Shown one piece after another: positions 61,951-64,000 of a stretch of 64,000 nucleotides of DNA; the first letter of the stretch is position 1; each line of letters begins with the position of its first letter. The DNA lies in NCBI GenBank assembly GCA_963575745.1, contig CAUYUJ010000026.1, positions 62,001 to 126,000 of the forward strand, read 5' to 3'. Made by a program: the position numbers and the translations under genes. The notes beneath the pieces are model-generated. The model saw nothing but the letters and a program-made list of their open reading frames with translations. It did no database searches and was not told where the DNA came from. The DNA is from Prorocentrum cordatum (taxonomy: Eukaryota).

Positions 61951-64000
61951 GAATACGCATCCGCCACCGTGCCCTTGAGGTACGAGTTGGAGTGCCCGCA
62001 GGTCCTTTGCCTCATCCCCTGAGCCTCAGTCCTCCATCCTGAGGATTCTTTAAGGGGCCTGGACCTCGAGCTCTCACATGTCTTGGCGCATGCCCTCTTG
62101 GGCGCGTCGCGTTTTGGCGCGTGCCTTCTTCGGGAACCAAGAGGGCCCCACGACCGGCCAAGAAGGCCCCGAATCGTCGCACGATCGTTCCAAGACGCCC
62201 AAGATGGCCCCAAGAAGCCTGTGTGGCGCCCTGAGAGAGCCTTCCCAAGAGGGCCCCGAAAGGCCAGCATCATCTGCTTCCTCTAGGGCTTTCAAAATGT
62301 TTGTTGGGTCCTCGACTCTCCGAGGTTCCGACGCTCCAAGACGTCCCAAGAGTCCCCCAAAGCCGCCCCATGACGGCCCAAGAGGCCCTCAGGAGGGCCC
62401 CAAAGATGGCCCAAGAGGGCTCCAAGACGGCCCCAGAGAGAGGCGCCCAAGACGGCTCAAGAGAGCCCCAAGCACGAATCGATCATCCGAGTCGTCCGCT
62501 CCAAGAGGCCCCCAGAGGCTCCATGAGGGCCACACGAGGCCACCAAAGGGCCCCAAGAGATCCCCTAAGAGGTCCCCAAGACGCCCCAAGAAACCTCAAA
62601 ACGGCATCCAAAAAGCATTAACCCGGCCTCCTGAAGGTCTCCGAGAGGCCATGAGAGGCCTACCACGACATCCGAACGAACATCCTAGAGGCCTACGACC
62701 CGTGACGAAAATATTGTGGCGGGATGGTCCGACGGCCATTAGATATATGTACGCACGCGCGCATTGGCCAGCATAACTGGCTTCGGTTTTGCAAAGGATT
62801 TCTCACAGCCAGTGGATGAACATGTATGTCATGGGCAAGTGCCTTGTCGATGTTGGTGTTTATCTGCTTGCGCGGCCTTTCGCATGGACTAGATATAGCA
62901 CTTGCAGCGTCATTGCACGCGCGCTCACACTACAGCCGTGGCCTCTGGTACGAAGGAGTTGCTTCACGATGCGAAATATTATGAATGATTCAGAAACTGT
63001 ATGTTCGGGTGTGTGCGTGGAAGTGTCCCCGCCGCGCACGTAGATATATGCTACTCTTACTCTACTCGACCCTACACTCACTGCTCTTTTCTTTTGGGCT
63101 CCACCTCACTATGCTCGACGCAACTCGAATAGGTTCGAACGAAACTGCTGTACTCGACTCGACTCTGCGCTATTCTACTCTAGCTTGCCCGACACTGCTC
63201 GACAGGCGTTCACAAGCATGCCTAGGTCTGCCAGACTAGCCATACGTATACTGGTCCCGCGGGGGCGGGTACCCAACTGACCCTGACGGACAAGTAAGAT
63301 CTCGTGAAGCTGCTCGCACATCGCAAGTCTTTCGGAAAGCACCCCAAACAACTTCAACAAATCCTAGTTCCGCTTGGAATCTCTTCCAGACCTCTGCAAA
63401 GACCCTTTGAATTTTCTTGGGCAATCTCGGAATCGCCTGGAACCCTACTGGCCCGTCCGGAGAACTTCCTCGGACGGTACTGACCCGTCTTGGAACGCCG
63501 CTGGAGCACTCTTGGGCGCCTCATGCACCCCAAGAAGCTGAGTGGAGGAGAACAGCGAACGTTTCTTTGCTCGTTCGGTTATGGCGAACACACTCTCTCT
63601 CTCTTTCTCTCCCAACCAAACTGCACCCTCTTAAATCAAATCCAGGCGAGAACCACTTCGTACAGCCCGTCGTGTGAAGAACCTTTCGTTGTTCGAGGCC
63701 AACGAGATCTCCCCCTTCAAACTCGGCATTCGCTCTTATAACCGGATGGAAACCGCTTCGTACGACGAACTGGTTTCATTTCGGGAGTCGGGCTCGCGCC
63801 AGCGAATCATAACAACGAAGACCACCACGCCTTGTGACCAGCGGCGGGTAATCGCAACGACGCGAGCCACCGGGGCTGGGGACCGGCAGCGGCGAACCGC
63901 AACAAGGGAGGCCACCGGGGCTGGAGACCAGCGCCGGCGAATCAGAACAATGATGGCCAACTGGACCCGAGACAAACGACGTCGAATTGTAGCATTAAAG

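Overview
GC-rich, repeat-dense eukaryotic DNA, most likely dinoflagellate (inference from AG|GC and AG|GA splice donors, a spliced-leader relic and the repeat landscape; Prorocentrum-like). Most ORFs in the track are microsatellite or GC artefacts. The backbone is a + strand PhyH-family 2OG-Fe(II) dioxygenase gene, seen as four 77-97 bp exons (3382-45380) separated by GC-AG introns of 12.7, 19.2 and 9.8 kb. Intron 1 holds a decayed ~10 kb non-LTR retrotransposon: APE endonuclease, RT with an embedded G-patch, C2H2 fingers, a separate ORF downstream of RT, a structured 3' UTR and a (CAC)n tail. Its RT is interrupted twice, at TT sites and without target duplication, by a Helitron2/Helentron-like family with short asymmetric inverted repeats and internal tandem arrays; one copy keeps a Pif1-like helicase fragment. 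Intron 2 holds a MITE > Helitron-like > Helitron-like nest and a same-strand nested zinc-finger/coiled-coil gene whose single intron is essentially a MITE (Introner-like, GA-AG). Intron 3 holds an RNase H-bearing LINE remnant. Downstream is an intronless ORF ending in CKQQ, preceded by a tandem spliced-leader relic. Several MITE families, minisatellites and microsatellites fill the rest. All calls come from manual motif reading; no searches were run.
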